Part shown: positions 32,563-43,389 of the stretch, piece by piece
How positions within the stretch are numbered: position 1 is the first letter of the stretch
How the letters are laid out: every line of letters starts with the position of its first letter
Virus record (IMG/VR): IMGVR_UViG_2724679293_000007
Span: 1 to 64,000 of that record
Length of the DNA stretch: 64,000 nucleotides
From: a virus
Taxonomy: Duplodnaviria; Heunggongvirae; Uroviricota; Caudoviricetes
Direction: 5' to 3' (one strand)
The notes under the pieces: model-generated
Told to the model about the DNA's origin: nothing
Seen by the model: the letters and a program-made list of their open reading frames with translations, nothing else
Database searches by the model: none
Program-made: the position numbers and the translations under genes

Positions 32563-32931
32563 TTATAATCTTTTAATCAGGCTCTCAATATTAGTTGGTT
32601 CAAAGTAATGCTTATTAACCTCTCCATTTATGAGGAAACCGTCTTTTAGTAGTCGGTCTAGCTCACGCTCTGCTTCTTTGTTGAACATACCTGGATATAT
32701 TCTCTTGTACAACTGAAATGTACCATTCATATTCCTGTAAGCATTCTCAGCAATTTCAATGGAGATTTCATTTCCGGCGTTAAATACAGGAATGAATATC
32801 TCAAGAATATCATTCTTTAACTTCTGTTTAAGTTTCTTTTTTTCAACAATATTAGAATAAAAGATACCTAAAAAAAATGTGCAGATACCAGGAAGCCAAT
32901 TATTAACGAAAACCTCAGACAAAGCGTCCAC
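32563..32931 (-). CDS. small protein with N-terminal transmembrane helix (122 aa), AT-rich
   Basis: ORF track; WLPGICTFFLGIFYSNIV hydrophobic segment; low GC relative to backbone. Confidence 0.5.
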   Translation of the reverse strand: MDALSEVFVNNWLPGICTFFLGIFYSNIVEKKKLKQKLKNDILEIFIPVFNAGNEISIEIAENAYRNMNGTFQLYKRIYPGMFNKEAERELDRLLKDGFLINGEVNKHYFEPTNIESLIKRL

Positions 32932-33137
32932 TATCTTACTCCAGAGTTAAGATTGATTCTCATAACGCACAAACTCCGTTCAAGGCGATTTTTATATTAC
33001 AAACTATACATAAACGCTGATCAATATCTCCAGATTTTGTGTGCCTGTGCATGAATATGCACTAATCATAATCGACCAGAACTTCCGTTAATCGCTAAAC
33101 TCGAACGATTCTAGCCACATAGACGATCTGTTAGTAT

Positions 33138-33446
33138 CTAATATACAAACTGATCCACATGATCACCCAAGTCATCGTCGTCGTCCTCATCGCCACCATC
33201 TACTGCTGGCCAATCAACAAACCAGCCAGCGTAAAGATGCAGCGTTCGGAGAACATCACTTGCGGGAGCATCAAGGGTGTTAACGAATCCCATATAGCTA
33301 TTGGGATTTGCCCCAGCTATGGCTTCAGCGATCATGTCCTCGGTAATGTCACCGGAGATAATGCTTAAACGCCCGGAAACTTCTTCGTTATCATCAAATT
33401 CGATAATGGCATCTCCACCTAATGGCGCTGCGATTTTAATCTGCAT
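33138..33446 (-). CDS. acidic protein (102 aa), last gene of dar operon
   Basis: ORF overlapping ddrB stop; run of D/E at C-terminus. Confidence 0.5.
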   Translation of the reverse strand: MQIKIAAPLGGDAIIEFDDNEEVSGRLSIISGDITEDMIAEAIAGANPNSYMGFVNTLDAPASDVLRTLHLYAGWFVDWPAVDGGDEDDDDDLGDHVDQFVY

Positions 33447-36423
33447 TATTTAGCTCCTTTGCCACACCTAATAACAGTTCCAGCAATCCGTCACCATTCA
33501 TCAGTGATGCGGCAGCGGCCTCTTTGTCATGATACAACTGAAGAGCCATAGAGAATACTTCCGTTGCTGACGTTTTGGAAATAGTCGGTGATTTCTGCCG
33601 AATTTTCTCGGTGTTACTTACTGAGGCTGGTGGGTATACCTTCGCCATATAAATATTACTCAATCGAGATCTGAAGCACCATTCAGGCTTGCCACGCCCA
33701 CCGATATTAACGAAAGATGGTTTATCCCCTTCAACATTGGCCTTCAGGAATGACCGGGCTTTCTCTAACAAACCAGGGTTACTGTACTCAAGATGATGAC
33801 CCAGCTCGTGCCACAGTGCACTTGCAGTTTCATCGTTCAAATTGACAGCAACAACACCATTAAGATTTGCATATGCCCTTCCCTGGTGGTGAACCACCTT
33901 TGATAAGGTCGAAATTTTACCGCCGGTCAGGCGATAAATATCAGCAAGTTCCTTGCGCAGGTCTATCCCACCATTCTGTCCAGCGCGGGCTTCTTCCACT
34001 TCTTCCGTGATAAAAGAGTCGGCCCACTCAAGAGCTTTTTCTTCAGATACGGATGAGTTTGCGATCGCACTGTTCATGGCAGATAACACTTTCTCGTGGA
34101 CCGAACCCATACTTCGCTGATTCATTTGCCAGCGTGTCTGCGGGTTATATGAGAATCGCTTAAGTAGTTGGTCAAGCTGCTCAAGTTCTTCTTCACTGAC
34201 ATACTTTTTAGCCTCACCAATAATGCCAGGGAGAATATTGCCGTTAGGATTAAACGCTCGCGAAAGGAAGAGTTTCAGCGCCCCCATGCCCTCCGATGCT
34301 TCAATATCACCAATAACCCGGTTAACAATGGCCGCACTCTTCGGATTAGCATCCGCCAACGCTCTGGCTACGATTTGCAGGGACGATACGACCTCACGCT
34401 GCATATCCGTCCTGATCTCATCAATAAACTCTGGCGTTATGCCGTGCTCTTTAAGGATATCCCTGCCTTCCGCCGTTACCCCATCGATATCACCGACATG
34501 TTTATTAACCCGACTTTGCAATGCCTTAAATGCCTTCAGAATTCCACGGGCATCATCCGCTTTACTAACGGCCTTCCTGAATGCTGGCAAGAAGTCAGAG
34601 TTAACCTCATTTTGTTGATCGGCCCACTGAATGGAGGCTTCTTTCATCTCGTCCAGAGTCAGATCACCCAACGCGGTATGGTCTGTGAATATGAGCGACA
34701 ACCTCTGAACCATTTCTGCCAATGGTGATGCCGAATGCGCCGCGCTAAGGAATGCTTTCACCCTGGTTGGGCGAATGGAAAACCAGTCAATAGCTGGTGG
34801 CATATCTCCGTTTTTTATCGCCTGCGCTATCTCGTCAAAGCCATCGCGCCCAAGGGAGGATGCGTGATTTAACAAGCCGCGAAGTAACGAATTGCTGATA
34901 CCGAATAATCGGCACCATTTTTTCACGTCGGCAACAGGCATTCGAACAAAATGCGCAAGCACTTGAACAAGCTGTTCATCCTGGGGATCTGTACGGGAAA
35001 GCAGCCTGATCAGATGAATAATGTCTTTGATGCCGGATGCCCGATGTAATAGCAAGCTGGTATATGGAGCAACACCGTTGTAACTACCGCCAGAAGCTGA
35101 CTCGAAAAGACCGCCAGATATCCCTTGCATACCTTCGTTTTCCAGTTCCTGAGATACTTGGCGAAGGATATCCTGTAACGACACATCGCCGCCGCCAAAC
35201 ATATCCCCGAGCGCCTGGCCCTGGTGCTGTAACTCATCATTGATACGTTGCGCCATCAACTTAAAGGCGGTGGCCATACGCTTCGCGCTACGGTTATTCG
35301 CGACGATGAACAACGCGAGTGCTTTCACTTCCGGGGCCGTTTCGCTGAACATATCCCCCTGAGCAATAACATCGGTAATATGCTGGCCTGACTCCTTCGA
35401 TTGCCTTACCAGGTCTACCGCATCTTTCAATGCCGCCAGCGCCTTTTTATCGAGGCTATCCGCTGTCTCAATGCCATCAACAATAGTTGTCACAGCCTGC
35501 TTGTGCGCTTCTCCTGATAAAGCCTGCATCTGGACAAAATCATTGGCTGCCGCATTAAGCGCCGTCAGAACATTACGCATATCCGGATCAGGTTCTTCTG
35601 CAACCATCCTTACCAGGCGCGCATCCTTATATGCCTTGGCAAAGATCGCGTTTTGTATACGGTCAACAAGTTGCCGCGTTGGTCGCCCATCTTCCGTTAC
35701 AAGGCCAGCAGCCTGTGTGGCACCAACTTGCGTCATGAATCCGCGAATAAACGCGTCATTACTGCGGCTAAGCAGATCTCCGCTTTCTGACGGATTAAAC
35801 AGCGCCATCATCGCCGGTGTTATGCTGTCGGCATCAACAAAAGCCTTTTCACTGGCTGCCATTTCCTGAAGATCAGAAATATTTGAGTCCTTGGCAAACT
35901 GAACGCGGTCAACCTTAGTTAACCGGCGGCGCACCAGTACAGGAGCCGTCATTGATTCAACCTTTTCAGGTCGTATGCCGAATTCGGTCGCATGTTCAAT
36001 CAGGTACTCACGATACCGATCCGCATTGCCGTCCTGATAGGCTTTAATGATTCCCATGGTCCGTCCATTACCTGACTCAACGGCATTGTCCTCACCAATT
36101 ATCGGCGCGCCATGGCTGGATAAACCGGAATCGGTAAGCTGAGCAGGCCGCAAATCTTTGGATATCTGGTTAACCTGAAGAAGGCTGGATGCGCGGGTCC
36201 GGTCGCGCGGCTGAAGTTCCTGGGGATAGTCAGGATTAATTTTCCCATCCAGAGTATTGGATACCAAAAGAGCTGAGGCATCGACGATATCAAACGCTGT
36301 TTTTACCTCGTCTCCCTTCGCTGTCACCACATACGAAACCCGCCCATAATCGGGCAGGTTCTTAAGCAGCTCGATCAGCGTTTCTATGCTGGTGGCAATT
36401 ACCACCTGATCGCTTAAGCTCAT
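33436..36423 (-). CDS. ddrB: DdrB-like antirestriction/head internal protein (995 aa)
   Basis: Large ORF downstream of ddrA/darA; size matches recalled P1 DdrB. Confidence 0.65.
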   Translation of the reverse strand: MSLSDQVVIATSIETLIELLKNLPDYGRVSYVVTAKGDEVKTAFDIVDASALLVSNTLDGKINPDYPQELQPRDRTRASSLLQVNQISKDLRPAQLTDSGLSSHGAPIIGEDNAVESGNGRTMGIIKAYQDGNADRYREYLIEHATEFGIRPEKVESMTAPVLVRRRLTKVDRVQFAKDSNISDLQEMAASEKAFVDADSITPAMMALFNPSESGDLLSRSNDAFIRGFMTQVGATQAAGLVTEDGRPTRQLVDRIQNAIFAKAYKDARLVRMVAEEPDPDMRNVLTALNAAANDFVQMQALSGEAHKQAVTTIVDGIETADSLDKKALAALKDAVDLVRQSKESGQHITDVIAQGDMFSETAPEVKALALFIVANNRSAKRMATAFKLMAQRINDELQHQGQALGDMFGGGDVSLQDILRQVSQELENEGMQGISGGLFESASGGSYNGVAPYTSLLLHRASGIKDIIHLIRLLSRTDPQDEQLVQVLAHFVRMPVADVKKWCRLFGISNSLLRGLLNHASSLGRDGFDEIAQAIKNGDMPPAIDWFSIRPTRVKAFLSAAHSASPLAEMVQRLSLIFTDHTALGDLTLDEMKEASIQWADQQNEVNSDFLPAFRKAVSKADDARGILKAFKALQSRVNKHVGDIDGVTAEGRDILKEHGITPEFIDEIRTDMQREVVSSLQIVARALADANPKSAAIVNRVIGDIEASEGMGALKLFLSRAFNPNGNILPGIIGEAKKYVSEEELEQLDQLLKRFSYNPQTRWQMNQRSMGSVHEKVLSAMNSAIANSSVSEEKALEWADSFITEEVEEARAGQNGGIDLRKELADIYRLTGGKISTLSKVVHHQGRAYANLNGVVAVNLNDETASALWHELGHHLEYSNPGLLEKARSFLKANVEGDKPSFVNIGGRGKPEWCFRSRLSNIYMAKVYPPASVSNTEKIRQKSPTISKTSATEVFSMALQLYHDKEAAAASLMNGDGLLELLLGVAKELNNAD

Positions 36424-36435
36424 CCCTGTTACGCC

Positions 36436-36801
36436 TTATGCTGCCTCTTCAATGTTGGCGGCTATCCATGCCGCCGTGTGCTGTTTAACCTGGTCCAGGT
36501 CGATGTATGTGCCAACATATTGACTCAAGTCCTGCAAGGTACCGATAAATGCATCTGTGCTCTGATCGACGAATTTATCAGCCAGGAAATCAGCAACCAG
36601 TTTTGGCACACCATCATGTTCCGAAGGTTGTTTTTCCTCGCCACTACCACCGCCGGACGCGCCGTACCCCATCTGTTGCATGATCTGGTCAATTTCATCG
36701 CTGATATCCAGCAACTCCATGCCACTCGCGGTAGCAGCTTTGGACATCAGAGAATCCAACTTGTCGCTGAGGTCCATTAACTCAATAGCTGATAGTGTCA
36801 T
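36436..36801 (-). CDS. ddrA: DdrA-like protein (121 aa)
   Basis: Overlaps darA stop; size matches recalled P1 DdrA. Confidence 0.6.
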   Translation of the reverse strand: MTLSAIELMDLSDKLDSLMSKAATASGMELLDISDEIDQIMQQMGYGASGGGSGEEKQPSEHDGVPKLVADFLADKFVDQSTDAFIGTLQDLSQYVGTYIDLDQVKQHTAAWIAANIEEAA

Positions 36802-38717
36802 GCCGCTACCCCCGCTTTCTGGATTGCTACCAGCAGATCAGCCAGGTGGCGAGCAGCGCCATTAACCAGCTCTTCGTTTTCCTCAAAACGCCCGGCAGCC
36901 TGAAGGGCTGCAATCGCTTCCCGGACATTACCCCGGGCGTTACGGATCTCCGCCATGTCAGTGCTTTGCATATCCATCACGTTATTGAGATATTCAATGG
37001 CTTTATTAGCCTCTGCATCTGCTTCGCTAACCGTTTCATCAGGCTGTGCCGGGGCAGGTTCTGGCTGAGTAATCTCACCGACTTCGGCCTGCAATGCATT
37101 GATCATGCTCTGCACCATTTTCTCGGTGCCAGCGCCCCCCGGAAACGCAATATTGGGGAAAGTTTTTTGAAACTGAGTTTTCAGCATTACGCGGAACTCG
37201 TCTGGTGAGCTGGTGGCCAGCTCCAGAGCTTTTTGTGCATATTTGCCAAACGGACCATTAGTAAGTGTCTTCGCCAGGAAGTCGAAAGAATCCTCGCGAG
37301 GCAATAACTTCAGGTCGTACTCACTCATTTGCTGATCAGAAAGCGGGGTATCGTAAGTAGCAATGCCGTAGCGTGCATATTCATAATACGGGTCACCTTC
37401 ATCAGGGCGCGGCAGAATTGCTTTGTTACCTTCAGGTATTGCGCCAGGGGCCGCCGGACGCATTTGCAGGGCATATCGATATGCACCTACAGAGACTTCT
37501 GGTTCAGGCGAAGAGCTACCGGTATCCTCCGCTGGTTCAGGTTCGACGTTTTCCGGTTTATGTTCTTCTGGTTGGACCAGGTATTCCGATACATTACCCG
37601 CTTTATAGGCTTTAAACAGCTTGCCGATCGCATCTGCCATGTCCACACCCTGTATGGATTTAGCCTTGATCATGTACACGCTGCCATCCGAATCGGTTAA
37701 CTGGATATACCCTTCGCCGTCCTCAATGAATTGCTTCATTGATGCACCATTACTGAGCGTCACTTCCCCGTTCATATGCATACGATTTTTGATACTGGCA
37801 AGGCGATCCATCATCGCGCGAGAGTGTCCACCAGTCATCCCTGCAGGAGCAATGGTATCGCGCCCACCAGTGCGATTGAGCTGATCAATCTCCGTCTGCA
37901 AACGCTCATTCTCTTCATAAAGAGAATCCGCTTCCGATGCAACAGCGTTAATTTTCTGCTCCAGATCTGCCTTCTGCCCTTCTACCGCTGCCACCTGATC
38001 CACGAGGTCGCTCATGGCATCCTCTTTCTGGTCACTGTCAGCCTGTAGTTGGGTTATTTCATCAACAAGGGCTTTTTTCTTCTTCTGCGCACGCTGGAAT
38101 TTTGCCGAGTTTTTCTCTGCAAGGTTGGCAAGTTTCATGGTGACCTGCGCCAGCGTCATATCACGTCCACTCATCGGAGCAACTGTGTGAGTAACGTCTT
38201 TTTTATTCAGTAAGAACTGGAAAGCAACCAGCGTATCGCTATTGGTGATCCGGTTTTCCGCTGTCGGGCTATGAAACAGAATGCTGATAGTCTGACCATC
38301 ACTGAGCGGAATAATGGCTGGCAAGACCGGCAGCCCGTTAACGTTACGTGCCCGGCCAATTTCAGCGCCGCCGATCGCGCGCGCGCCGCTCTGGGCCACA
38401 TCCCCCGTTTTATCACTCCCCGCAGAGATTCCGGTACCATTCAGCTTCTGGTTCAATGCCCGGACAAATGCCTGCATGGTCCGGTGTAACTGCAAACGAG
38501 TAGAACTAATCGCCTCCAGTAAATCCGTAGCACACCAGTGGATCGGCGTGTCATAGAAGAACGTAGCCTCGATTTCCTCCAGGGTGTTGGATTCCGTCAT
38601 CAGATAGCGGTCCTCACCGGCCATTAATGCGCGATATTCATCATCAGTCACTGGCGGGGGAAGCACGTCAAGCCCAGGCTTGATCGTCACCCCTTTATTG
38701 ATATTGAACTGTTCCAT
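36798..38717 (-). CDS. darA: DarA antirestriction protein (639 aa)
   Basis: Size and operon position (lydA-lydB-hdf-darA-ddrA-ddrB) as recalled for P1. Confidence 0.7.
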   Translation of the reverse strand: MEQFNINKGVTIKPGLDVLPPPVTDDEYRALMAGEDRYLMTESNTLEEIEATFFYDTPIHWCATDLLEAISSTRLQLHRTMQAFVRALNQKLNGTGISAGSDKTGDVAQSGARAIGGAEIGRARNVNGLPVLPAIIPLSDGQTISILFHSPTAENRITNSDTLVAFQFLLNKKDVTHTVAPMSGRDMTLAQVTMKLANLAEKNSAKFQRAQKKKKALVDEITQLQADSDQKEDAMSDLVDQVAAVEGQKADLEQKINAVASEADSLYEENERLQTEIDQLNRTGGRDTIAPAGMTGGHSRAMMDRLASIKNRMHMNGEVTLSNGASMKQFIEDGEGYIQLTDSDGSVYMIKAKSIQGVDMADAIGKLFKAYKAGNVSEYLVQPEEHKPENVEPEPAEDTGSSSPEPEVSVGAYRYALQMRPAAPGAIPEGNKAILPRPDEGDPYYEYARYGIATYDTPLSDQQMSEYDLKLLPREDSFDFLAKTLTNGPFGKYAQKALELATSSPDEFRVMLKTQFQKTFPNIAFPGGAGTEKMVQSMINALQAEVGEITQPEPAPAQPDETVSEADAEANKAIEYLNNVMDMQSTDMAEIRNARGNVREAIAALQAAGRFEENEELVNGAARHLADLLVAIQKAGVAA

Positions 38718-38718
38718 G

Positions 38719-39330
38719 TTAATTTCCTGCTTTCAGTTGCTTAAGACGGCGTTTGAGTTCGCCATTTCTGGCCTTTTCGTTATTGAGTCGGCCTGTCTCC
38801 TTATCCAGCTTCGCCCGCAAATCAGTGATCTGCTGTTGATTGAAAGACACCGAATTCTGCGCGGACTTATAAGCGGCAACCACCTGAGCATTCCGCTGTT
38901 TTGCTTCTTGCAGGCGCTGAAAGTTGGATTTAACTGCCGGTTTCTTGTCTACCGGATTGGCTACACGCTTCGCTTTGGCGATCAGTGATTTCTGGAATTT
39001 TGCGGAGTTTTTGCGGGCCGCCTGTCCCATGACGGTACCAAGCGTCTTGATATCCGGCGACTGAGCGTTAGGAATAGCTTTTCCATTCAGTTTCACAGAC
39101 GATATATCGCCAGTATCGTTTACCTGTATGGCAAGGATTTGTCCGTCGTTAAGAACCAGCTTTGCGGTTTTAACTTTAACGCCATCTTTCGTTGTTGCGC
39201 GGTTGCTGGAGTCAACCTCAATTACCGTAACCCCGGTTTTATTGATCGCCGCGATAAGGGATTTCAGCCCCTTTTCATTAACCTGGTCAAAATCGACCGT
39301 TGCATACTTATTTTTCGTCATCTGACACAT
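38719..39330 (-). CDS. hdf: Hdf-like head morphogenesis protein (203 aa)
   Basis: ORF between lydB and darA; alternative start at Met 4 (39321). Confidence 0.55.
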   Translation of the reverse strand: MCQMTKNKYATVDFDQVNEKGLKSLIAAINKTGVTVIEVDSSNRATTKDGVKVKTAKLVLNDGQILAIQVNDTGDISSVKLNGKAIPNAQSPDIKTLGTVMGQAARKNSAKFQKSLIAKAKRVANPVDKKPAVKSNFQRLQEAKQRNAQVVAAYKSAQNSVSFNQQQITDLRAKLDKETGRLNNEKARNGELKRRLKQLKAGN

Positions 39331-39751
39331 CCTGTGCGAGATTTATTACGTAACTTCTGCGGATTTGCTGAGTAACAGGGAAAATCCGATACAACGGGTT
39401 AATGAACGAGTCGCCATGCGTAACCATGACGTTGAAATGCCACAGTCGCTCTCCTTTACCCATATATTCAGTGGGTATGTACAACCATTCACTGTTTTCG
39501 CCCTGTTCAGCCGACGTCAGACAACGTTGTTCGCCTTCAATCACTGTCGTCGGCTTCTGAACATCGCGGATCCAATATCTGACCGTTGCGCCGCGCAAAA
39601 ACGGGAATTTAGACCGGTATTTGAACGGCACCCGGATGAAACCCGGTTTAATTTCCACATCACCAAGTTCTAAATGCGTGATGTCCTTGCGTTTTAGCAA
39701 ATAGCGATCGGCTAAGGCTAACGCAAGAACGCATACACCCCAGCCAATCAT
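39308..39751 (-). CDS. lydB: LydB-like lysis regulator (antiholin)
   Basis: 147 aa ORF overlapping lydA stop (ATGA), as in P1 lysis cassette. Confidence 0.6.
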   Translation of the reverse strand: MIGWGVCVLALALADRYLLKRKDITHLELGDVEIKPGFIRVPFKYRSKFPFLRGATVRYWIRDVQKPTTVIEGEQRCLTSAEQGENSEWLYIPTEYMGKGERLWHFNVMVTHGDSFINPLYRIFPVTQQIRRSYVINLAQDVSDDEK

Positions 39752-40077
39752 TTCCCGCCTCCCTTTTTCACCAAACTTGTAAGAACATTCAGAATGCTAT
39801 CGATATTCACTCGTTTCATCCCTGAAATCACCTCATGACCGTTATTGCTGGCTATCGTTACCATTAAGTACGTAATTGATAACTCCCAGCCCTCGTGTTG
39901 CCCCAATAGGTACGCCACCGCGCCAGCTGTCACTGCAACAAAGATCTCCGTAACCAATCCCAACAAATTGCCAGACTGGCGACCGTCTCGGACATCCATC
40001 AGGAACGTGCCTATCCCACCAATTACTGAAAGCAGGAGCGCAATAGCAACTGGAGCTAATTCCTGTGTGTCAAGCAC
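39748..40077 (-). CDS. lydA: LydA holin
   Basis: 109 aa with three hydrophobic segments and charged C-terminus KKGGGK; first gene of dar operon. Confidence 0.7.
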   Translation of the reverse strand: MLDTQELAPVAIALLLSVIGGIGTFLMDVRDGRQSGNLLGLVTEIFVAVTAGAVAYLLGQHEGWELSITYLMVTIASNNGHEVISGMKRVNIDSILNVLTSLVKKGGGK

Positions 40078-40105
40078 AAGTTCCCTCCTACGTTGTCAGG
40101 AGGTA

Positions 40106-40118
40106 ATGGTATGCAAAG
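40106..40118 (-). promoter_or_regulatory. late-promoter element for dar operon (reverse complement GAGAAGTTACTTT)
   Basis: AAGTTACTT palindrome about 35 bp upstream of lydA start. Confidence 0.4.
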
Positions 40119-40543
40119 TAACTTCTCATCTGGTTGTTCATAATTTGCCAATACATTCGTAAATCAAGTGAAAAACCCATATTTTGGTTATTCTTAATAC
40201 AAAATGGCTATTCCAACTACATATCAAAAAAGCAACCACATCCAAAAATGAGTTTCCCCACTGAACTTCTGCAAGACAAAAACCAACAAAACCACCTTTT
40301 ATGGCAAGCAGCCATGCTTCAAGCCAATGTAAAAAACATGGCTTATAAGCTCCACGCCTAACTCCAGTAAGAAATAAATAGGTTCCACTAATAATGGACA
40401 TTAAAAAAATCAAAATCTGCATAAGCTCCTCCCGGATCTAACAAAAATCAAGCAGGAACCTATTCAGATTGTTATTTCTGTGCATAACGCTTTGTTCTTT
40501 AAAATTCGCAGACTCATAAGAACAACGCATTAGAGTAAAAATC

Positions 40544-41104
40544 ATGCTGATCGGCTATGTACGCGTATCAACAAATGAACAAAACACTGCTTTGCAACGA
40601 AATGCCCTTGAAAGCGCAGGATGTGAGCTAATTTTTGAGGATAAGGCGAGCGGCAAAAAGACTGAACGCCCTGGGCTAAAAAAGGTTTTGCGTATGCTTT
40701 CCAGAGGTGACACCCTGGTCGTATGGAAGTTAGATCGTCTTGGGCGCAGCATGCGTCACTTGGTTGTGCTGGTGGAAGAGCTGCGTGACAGAGGAATTAA
40801 TTTCCGGAGTCTCACTGACTCTATCGACACCAGTACACCAATGGGGCGCTTTTTCTTTCACGTAATGGGGGCGCTGGCAGAAATGGAACGTGAGCTTATC
40901 GTTGAACGTACACGCGCTGGACTTGATGCAGCTCGCGCAGAAGGTCGTATAGGTGGGCGTCGGCCTAAATACCAAGAAGAAACATGGCAGCAAATGCGGC
41001 GATTGCTCGAGAAGGGCATCCCCCGTAAGCAGGTTGCAATCATCTATGATGTGGCTGTTTCCACGCTTTATAAGAAGTTTCCGGCGTCATCATTTCAATC
41101 CTAA
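40544..41104 (+). CDS. cin: Cin serine DNA invertase
   Basis: 186 aa [45 protein letters not shown].. resolvase/invertase N-terminus with catalytic Ser-10 and C-terminal HTH. Confidence 0.95.
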   Translation: MLIGYVRVSTNEQNTALQRNALESAGCELIFEDKASGKKTERPGLKKVLRMLSRGDTLVVWKLDRLGRSMRHLVVLVEELRDRGINFRSLTDSIDTSTPMGRFFFHVMGALAEMERELIVERTRAGLDAARAEGRIGGRRPKYQEETWQQMRRLLEKGIPRKQVAIIYDVAVSTLYKKFPASSFQS

Positions 41105-41121
41105 ACCTTGGTTTAAGAGAA
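41096..41121. other. cixL crossover site
   Basis: CAATCCTAAACCTTGGTTTAAGAGAA; same ACCTTGGTTT core as cixR and resembles Gin gix site. Confidence 0.6.
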
Positions 41122-41686
41122 CTTGGCACAAGCGGTGAAAAGATCCCCCTGTTGAGCACGGCTAACACATGGAGCGCACGCCAGACTTTCAACGGTGGGA
41201 TCACCGGGGCGCTGGCGGGGAACGCCGACACCGCGACGAAATTAAAAACAGCCAGAAACATTAATGGCGTCAGGTTCGATGGTTCGGCTGACATTAATAT
41301 CAATACTCTGGTATCTCGCGGTCGCGTAACGGCCCTGGAGGCGAATGCACAGGGAACATCCGGGATTCAGCTGTATGAGGCATACAACAATGGCTACCCT
41401 TCCCCCTATGGCAATGTGCTTCACCTTAAAGGTGCCACCGCTGCTGGCGAAGGTGAGTTATTCATTGGCTGGAGTGGCACGAGCGGTGCCCATGCGCCCG
41501 TACATATCCGTTCGCGGCGGGATACTGATTCTGCCAACTGGTCTGAATGGGCGCAGGTCTATACGTCAAAAGATTCAATTCCCGGCGTCAATGCCAAAGG
41601 GAATCAGGACACCTCTGGTAATGCGGCTACAGCGACCAAGTTGCAGACAGCATGTACTATCAATGGCGTCTCGTTTGATGGTTCTA
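41108..41686. repeat. left inverted repeat of C segment (about 579 bp)
   Basis: Mirror-image identical ORFs in the track (41242-41424 minus vs 46235-46417 plus) and shared peptide [10 protein letters not shown]...GVSFDGSK in Sv' and S. Confidence 0.85.
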
Positions 41687-42768
41687 AAGATATTGAACTT
41701 AACCCACGGTCTATAGGCACAATCAACTCCACAACAATGTCTTTTAGTGGTGGTGCAGGATGGTTCAAGCTGGCAACTGTAACCATGCCGCAGGCAAGTT
41801 CTGTTGTTTCAATTACGTTGATTGGTGGCGCGGGATTTAACGTGGGGTCACCTCAACAGGCAGGTATATCTGAACTTGTTTTGCGTGCAGGTAACGGTAA
41901 TCCGAAGGGGATTACTGGTGCTTTATGGCAGCGCACATCGGCAGGGTTTACAAATTTTGCGTGGGTCAATACTTCTGGTGACACTTACGATATTTACGTT
42001 GCTATTGGAAATTATGCGACTGGTGTAAATATTCAATGGGATTATACCAGTAATGCCAGCGTAACGATTCATACTTCACCAGCATATTCTGCTAATAAGC
42101 CGGAAGGATTAACGGACGGTTCTGTTTATTCGCTGTATATTTCGCCGCATGAACTTTATCCGGTTGGCGCACCGATCCCTTGGCCATCAGATACCGTTCC
42201 GTCTGGTTATGCCCTGATGCAGGGGCAGACTTTTGACAAATCTGCATACCCGAAACTTGCAGCCGCTTATCCGTCAGGTGCGATCCCTGATATGCGTAGC
42301 TGGACGATTAAGGGCAAGCCCGCCAGTGGTCGTGCAGTATTGTCTCAGGAACAGGACGGCATTAAATCGCACACCCACAGCGCCAGTGCATCCAGTACGG
42401 ATTTGGGGACGAAAACCACATCGTCGTTTGATTACGGTACTAAAACGACCAGTTCATTTGATTACGGCACAAAAACTACGAATAGCGCTGGAAATCATTC
42501 ACACAATATACCTGTTGGTCACACTGGCGCGGGGAATGGTGTATCAGCCGGTTATAACGCTGCGTTAGGTACTGGTACCACGTCGAGCGCAGGAGGGCAT
42601 GCTCACAATGTATATATCGGTGCCCATAACCACACTATCGGCATTGGTGCTCATGCCCATTCTGTCATTATTGGTCCCCACGGACACACCATCACCGTTA
42701 ACGCTACGGGTAACGAAGAAAACACCGTAAAAAACATCGCATTTAACTATATTGTGAGGCTTGCATAA
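41152..42768 (+). CDS. Sv', alternative tail-fibre C-terminal segment (silent in this orientation)
   Basis: No own start; first about 179 aa identical to the IR-encoded part of S, then unique C-terminus with [10 protein letters not shown] repeats and His-rich HxH motifs. Confidence 0.7.
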   Translation: MSTANTWSARQTFNGGITGALAGNADTATKLKTARNINGVRFDGSADININTLVSRGRVTALEANAQGTSGIQLYEAYNNGYPSPYGNVLHLKGATAAGEGELFIGWSGTSGAHAPVHIRSRRDTDSANWSEWAQVYTSKDSIPGVNAKGNQDTSGNAATATKLQTACTINGVSFDGSKDIELNPRSIGTINSTTMSFSGGAGWFKLATVTMPQASSVVSITLIGGAGFNVGSPQQAGISELVLRAGNGNPKGITGALWQRTSAGFTNFAWVNTSGDTYDIYVAIGNYATGVNIQWDYTSNASVTIHTSPAYSANKPEGLTDGSVYSLYISPHELYPVGAPIPWPSDTVPSGYALMQGQTFDKSAYPKLAAAYPSGAIPDMRSWTIKGKPASGRAVLSQEQDGIKSHTHSASASSTDLGTKTTSSFDYGTKTTSSFDYGTKTTNSAGNHSHNIPVGHTGAGNGVSAGYNAALGTGTTSSAGGHAHNVYIGAHNHTIGIGAHAHSVIIGPHGHTITVNATGNEENTVKNIAFNYIVRLA

Positions 42769-43346
42769 TGACATTCAGAATGAGTGAACAATCACGGACC
42801 ATAAAAATTTATAATCTACTGGCTGGAACCAATGAGTTTATTGGTGAAGGTGATGCATACATTCCACCTCATACAGGTCTGCCTGCAAACAGTACCGATA
42901 TTGCCCCGCCAGATATTCCGGCTGGCTTCGTGGCCGTTTTCAACAGTGATGAGGCATCGTGGAATCTCGTTGAAGACCATCGGGGAAAAACCGTCTATGA
43001 CGTGGCTTCCGGCGACGCGTTATTTATTTCTGAACTTGGCCCATTACCGGAAAATGTCACCTGGTTATCCCCGGAAGGGGAGTTTCAGAAGTGGAACGGC
43101 ACAGCCTGGGTGAAAGATGCAGAAGCAGAAAAACTGTTCCGGATCCGGAAGGCGGAAGAAACAAAAAACAGCCTGATGCAGATGGCCAGTGAGCATATTG
43201 CGCCACTTCAGGATGCCGTAGATTTGGATATTGCGACGGAGGAAGAGGCATCGTTACTGACTGCATGGAAGACATATCGGGTATTGTTGAATCGTGTTGA
43301 TACAGCAGTAGCAGCGGATGTTGAGTGGCCAGTCGCCCCGCAATAA
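42768..43346 (+). CDS. U', alternative tail-fibre assembly chaperone
   Basis: 192 aa, Tfa-like C-terminus ([12 protein letters not shown]); start overlaps Sv' stop. Confidence 0.7.
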   Translation: MTFRMSEQSRTIKIYNLLAGTNEFIGEGDAYIPPHTGLPANSTDIAPPDIPAGFVAVFNSDEASWNLVEDHRGKTVYDVASGDALFISELGPLPENVTWLSPEGEFQKWNGTAWVKDAEAEKLFRIRKAEETKNSLMQMASEHIAPLQDAVDLDIATEEEASLLTAWKTYRVLLNRVDTAVAADVEWPVAPQ

Positions 43347-43353
43347 AAAGATA

Positions 43354-43381
43354 AAGCCATCGATAGAAATATTGATGGCTT
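43354..43381. terminator. hairpin terminator (AAGCCATC-12nt-GATGGCTT)
   Basis: 8-bp stem between convergent U' and the acetyltransferase gene; U-rich on minus side. Confidence 0.45.
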
Positions 43382-43389
43382 TATGTACT

